Shown piece after piece: positions 61,641 through 64,000 of a stretch of 64,000 nt of DNA. The notes beneath the pieces are model-generated. The model saw only the letters and a program-made list of their open reading frames with translations, searched no databases and was not told the origin of the DNA. Each line of letters opens with the position of its first letter. The stretch's first letter is position 1. The DNA comes from Felis catus (Eukaryota). The position numbers and the translations under genes were made by a program. Where the stretch lies: the NCBI RefSeq assembly GCF_018350175.1, contig NC_058368.1:97652001-97716000 (forward strand), in the 5' to 3' direction.

Positions 61641-63555
61641 GCAATTAATTTGCAAGGGGGTAAAAAATCCTACTTCATGATCACAGACCACACAACCCTG
61701 GCAGGCGGCTCTCAGCCACAACCCCCAGTTGGCTCCAAAGAAGCCTTCACTAATGCTAGAAGGGAAATCCACTGTGTGCCTGTCTGCCCTGCACGGGACG
61801 GGGGAAAATGAGCTTCAGCCTCCCTTTAAGAGAGGACTGAGCTGGCTGTAACCCAAAGAATAAAATGAAAGTAGGAAGTGGCTGCTGTGTTTCTAGAACA
61901 GGGCTTGCAGTTCCTCTGGGGCAACTAGGAAAGCCTCAGAATTCAGCTTTGCTGTCTCGGTTGAGACTTTGTTACCAAAGTAACAAATGGGGAGCGATTT
62001 TGCTCTGCTGGCAGTGACCTTGCTTTTCACACTTTCTCTTGTGGGAGGTTCAAGTGCTACATGACAGAGTTTTGCTCTTTATGTTTGACATCAAATGGCA
62101 CATTTACATTTAATAAGCAAAGTAGCTCAGAGGAGGTGCAAACTTCTAAGTCCAGTCTTGGAGAAAGGGGGGCGCAGAGGATTTTCACTCCTCTCTCTCT
62201 GGTTCCAGTGATTGAGTCATATACAATGTTTCCATCAAATGGACATTGCAGTAAATCCCACAGAGGTAGCCTGGGTCACATCCTGAAGATTAAACACAGA
62301 ATAACCTTTCTACTCCACATAAAATAAGTTTCTGAAATCCTGTTATTTGCTATGGATCTGAAGTTTGGGGGCTATCCCTTCCTGTATAAATCAGGTTTAT
62401 TTGTTGAAGGTCCATACCATAAATTCTGTCATGGAAAGTGGTCGCTGGTCTTGATGTGGTAATATTAACCACATGTGTGGCATTTATTTCGATGCAAATT
62501 ATTTCGTGTAGATTAACTCGTACACTCTTTTGCAAGCCTTTAGGAGTAGAACTGGGCTTAATTGTTGAGAATATAACACAACTTGGAAACCTTCACATAC
62601 TGGCTGTTTCGCATGCTTTTTCACTTTCCTTTTCTTTCTCAAAATATATTTCACTTCTTCTTCCACAGTTTCAGATCATGTTTCAGACGTTTAAATATCG
62701 ACATTGGTGAAGGCACTGCTTCTCGTTCAGTGAAGGCTTTCTTTCAGGACTTATGGCCCTGTATATTCATAAGAGACGTTCTGGTGATTAGGAACCACTT
62801 CATGCCGCCTAGAATATATCCCAGAGCTGGCCCAAATGTCACATCTAACGTGGCAGTGCCATACTGAGAGAGACACTCTTCTTATATACCCTTCCAGCCT
62901 GGATTAGGGAGTGGACGCCTTTTTGCTTTCTGCCCCTAGCCTGTCCACACTAGAAATAATTGTGTATCACTGATGCCCTGACTATTTAGGTGAAAGACTA
63001 AACTTGGTTTGGGGAGTAAACATGTACTGAGCATTTTCACTGACCGGCTGTACGCTGGGAGCATAATACAGTGTTTCATTAATAGTTAATATGCACAACT
63101 ATTGTTATGTGTATCTTACACCCCTGTCAAATTCAGTTATGGTCATTTCAAAAGCAAACTCTAAGCATCAGCTTTTTCAAAGCTCCATGTTATTCATGGA
63201 GCCCATTTCATTAGCTCGTAAAAGTGTAGTTATTTCCTCATAATGTATAAACGATGTGTAAACGTTTAAAGGGAACGAACAATGGCCGATCATCAGAAAC
63301 AGCAAGTGACAATGAGCCCTCCAAGGAATATTCTTTTCCAAGACTCAACGCCTGGGAGTTGAAACTCTGGGCCCTTAGGATCACCAAACTGGTAGGGGCG
63401 GGCCAGCATCTCAGGAAATTTGACTTTTTGCAGCTGAAGTTTAAAACAGGGCTCTCCTTTTGATTTGCTTCCATGAATTTGCTACTTTGCTCAGTGTGGC
63501 TTTGCTCTTTATCCTTCTTACATGTAAAGGGGGCTCTTTAAACTGTTCTTGGTGA

Positions 63556-63764
63556 GGGGCGCCTAGGTGGCTCAGTCGGTTAAGCGGGCGACTTCCGACT
63601 CAGGTCATGATCTTGCGGTTCGTGACTTCGGGCCCCGTGTCGGGCTCTATGCTGACGGCTCAGAGCCTGGAGCCTGCTTCGGATTCTGGGTCTCCCTCTC
63701 TCCCTGTTCCTCCCCCACTTGCACTCTGTCTCTCTCACAAAAATAAATAAAGATCAAAAAAAAA
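63556..63764 (+). mobile_element. Can-SINE
   Basis: TSD tgttcttggtga. Confidence 0.92.
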
Positions 63765-64000
63765 TTAATTGTTCTTGGTGACTGGTGCCCAGAGGACAGT
63801 TGCGGGGTTGATTTTATATTTTGGGGGGGTTTCTTATAAAATTAAATTGGGGGAAAATTGTGTAAAAACTGCTTCGTGAGACGTACTGTTTTTGTAATCA
63901 GAAAAAGTTATCTTTGGAAAGGTTGCCCCTTTCAACTGCTACACCAAGTAGTGAGTGTATAGCCGAAGGCATAAAACACTTGAGTTGCAAGAGACCTTAA

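Larger units (their letters stand above)
28402..64000 (+). other. TNFAIP8: TNFAIP8 intron 1 (canonical isoform), extends past the window end
   Basis: Begins at the GT donor at 28402. No ATDVFNSKNLAVQAQKK exon-2 ORF appears in the ORF track. Confidence 0.85.

Noticed and set aside
63182..63202. 8-bp hairpin gctccatg/catggagc (similar at 18458-18478) and the 10-bp repeat ctgataagta at 12138/12156
   Set aside because: Short enough to arise by chance in 64 kb.

Overview
This is mammalian genomic DNA, almost certainly from a felid. About 57 tRNA-derived Can-SINE copies (including very young SINEC_Fc-type copies with intact target-site duplications) are mixed with old MIR, L2, L1M, MLT and hAT fragments and microsatellites. 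The only gene I recognise is TNFAIP8 on the + strand. Its CpG-island promoter and first coding exon (MHSEAEESKE, phase-1 donor) lie at about 27.9-28.4 kb. A probable alternative upstream first exon (MLKL, same phase) ends at 2990. The rest of the window is intronic; the large second coding exon is not present and must lie beyond 64000. Nearly all other ORFs in the track are SINE-derived or chance. I found no new gene system. The most unusual signal is an 87-bp, 85/87-identical inverted duplication of apparently unique sequence (9221-9307 and 10557-10643) carrying an AP-1 site, with a junctional direct duplication. Several smaller locally templated insertion or fold-back scars occur at 16.4, 36.4, 41.8 and 44.4 kb. 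Repeat boundaries and family names were assigned by eye and are approximate.
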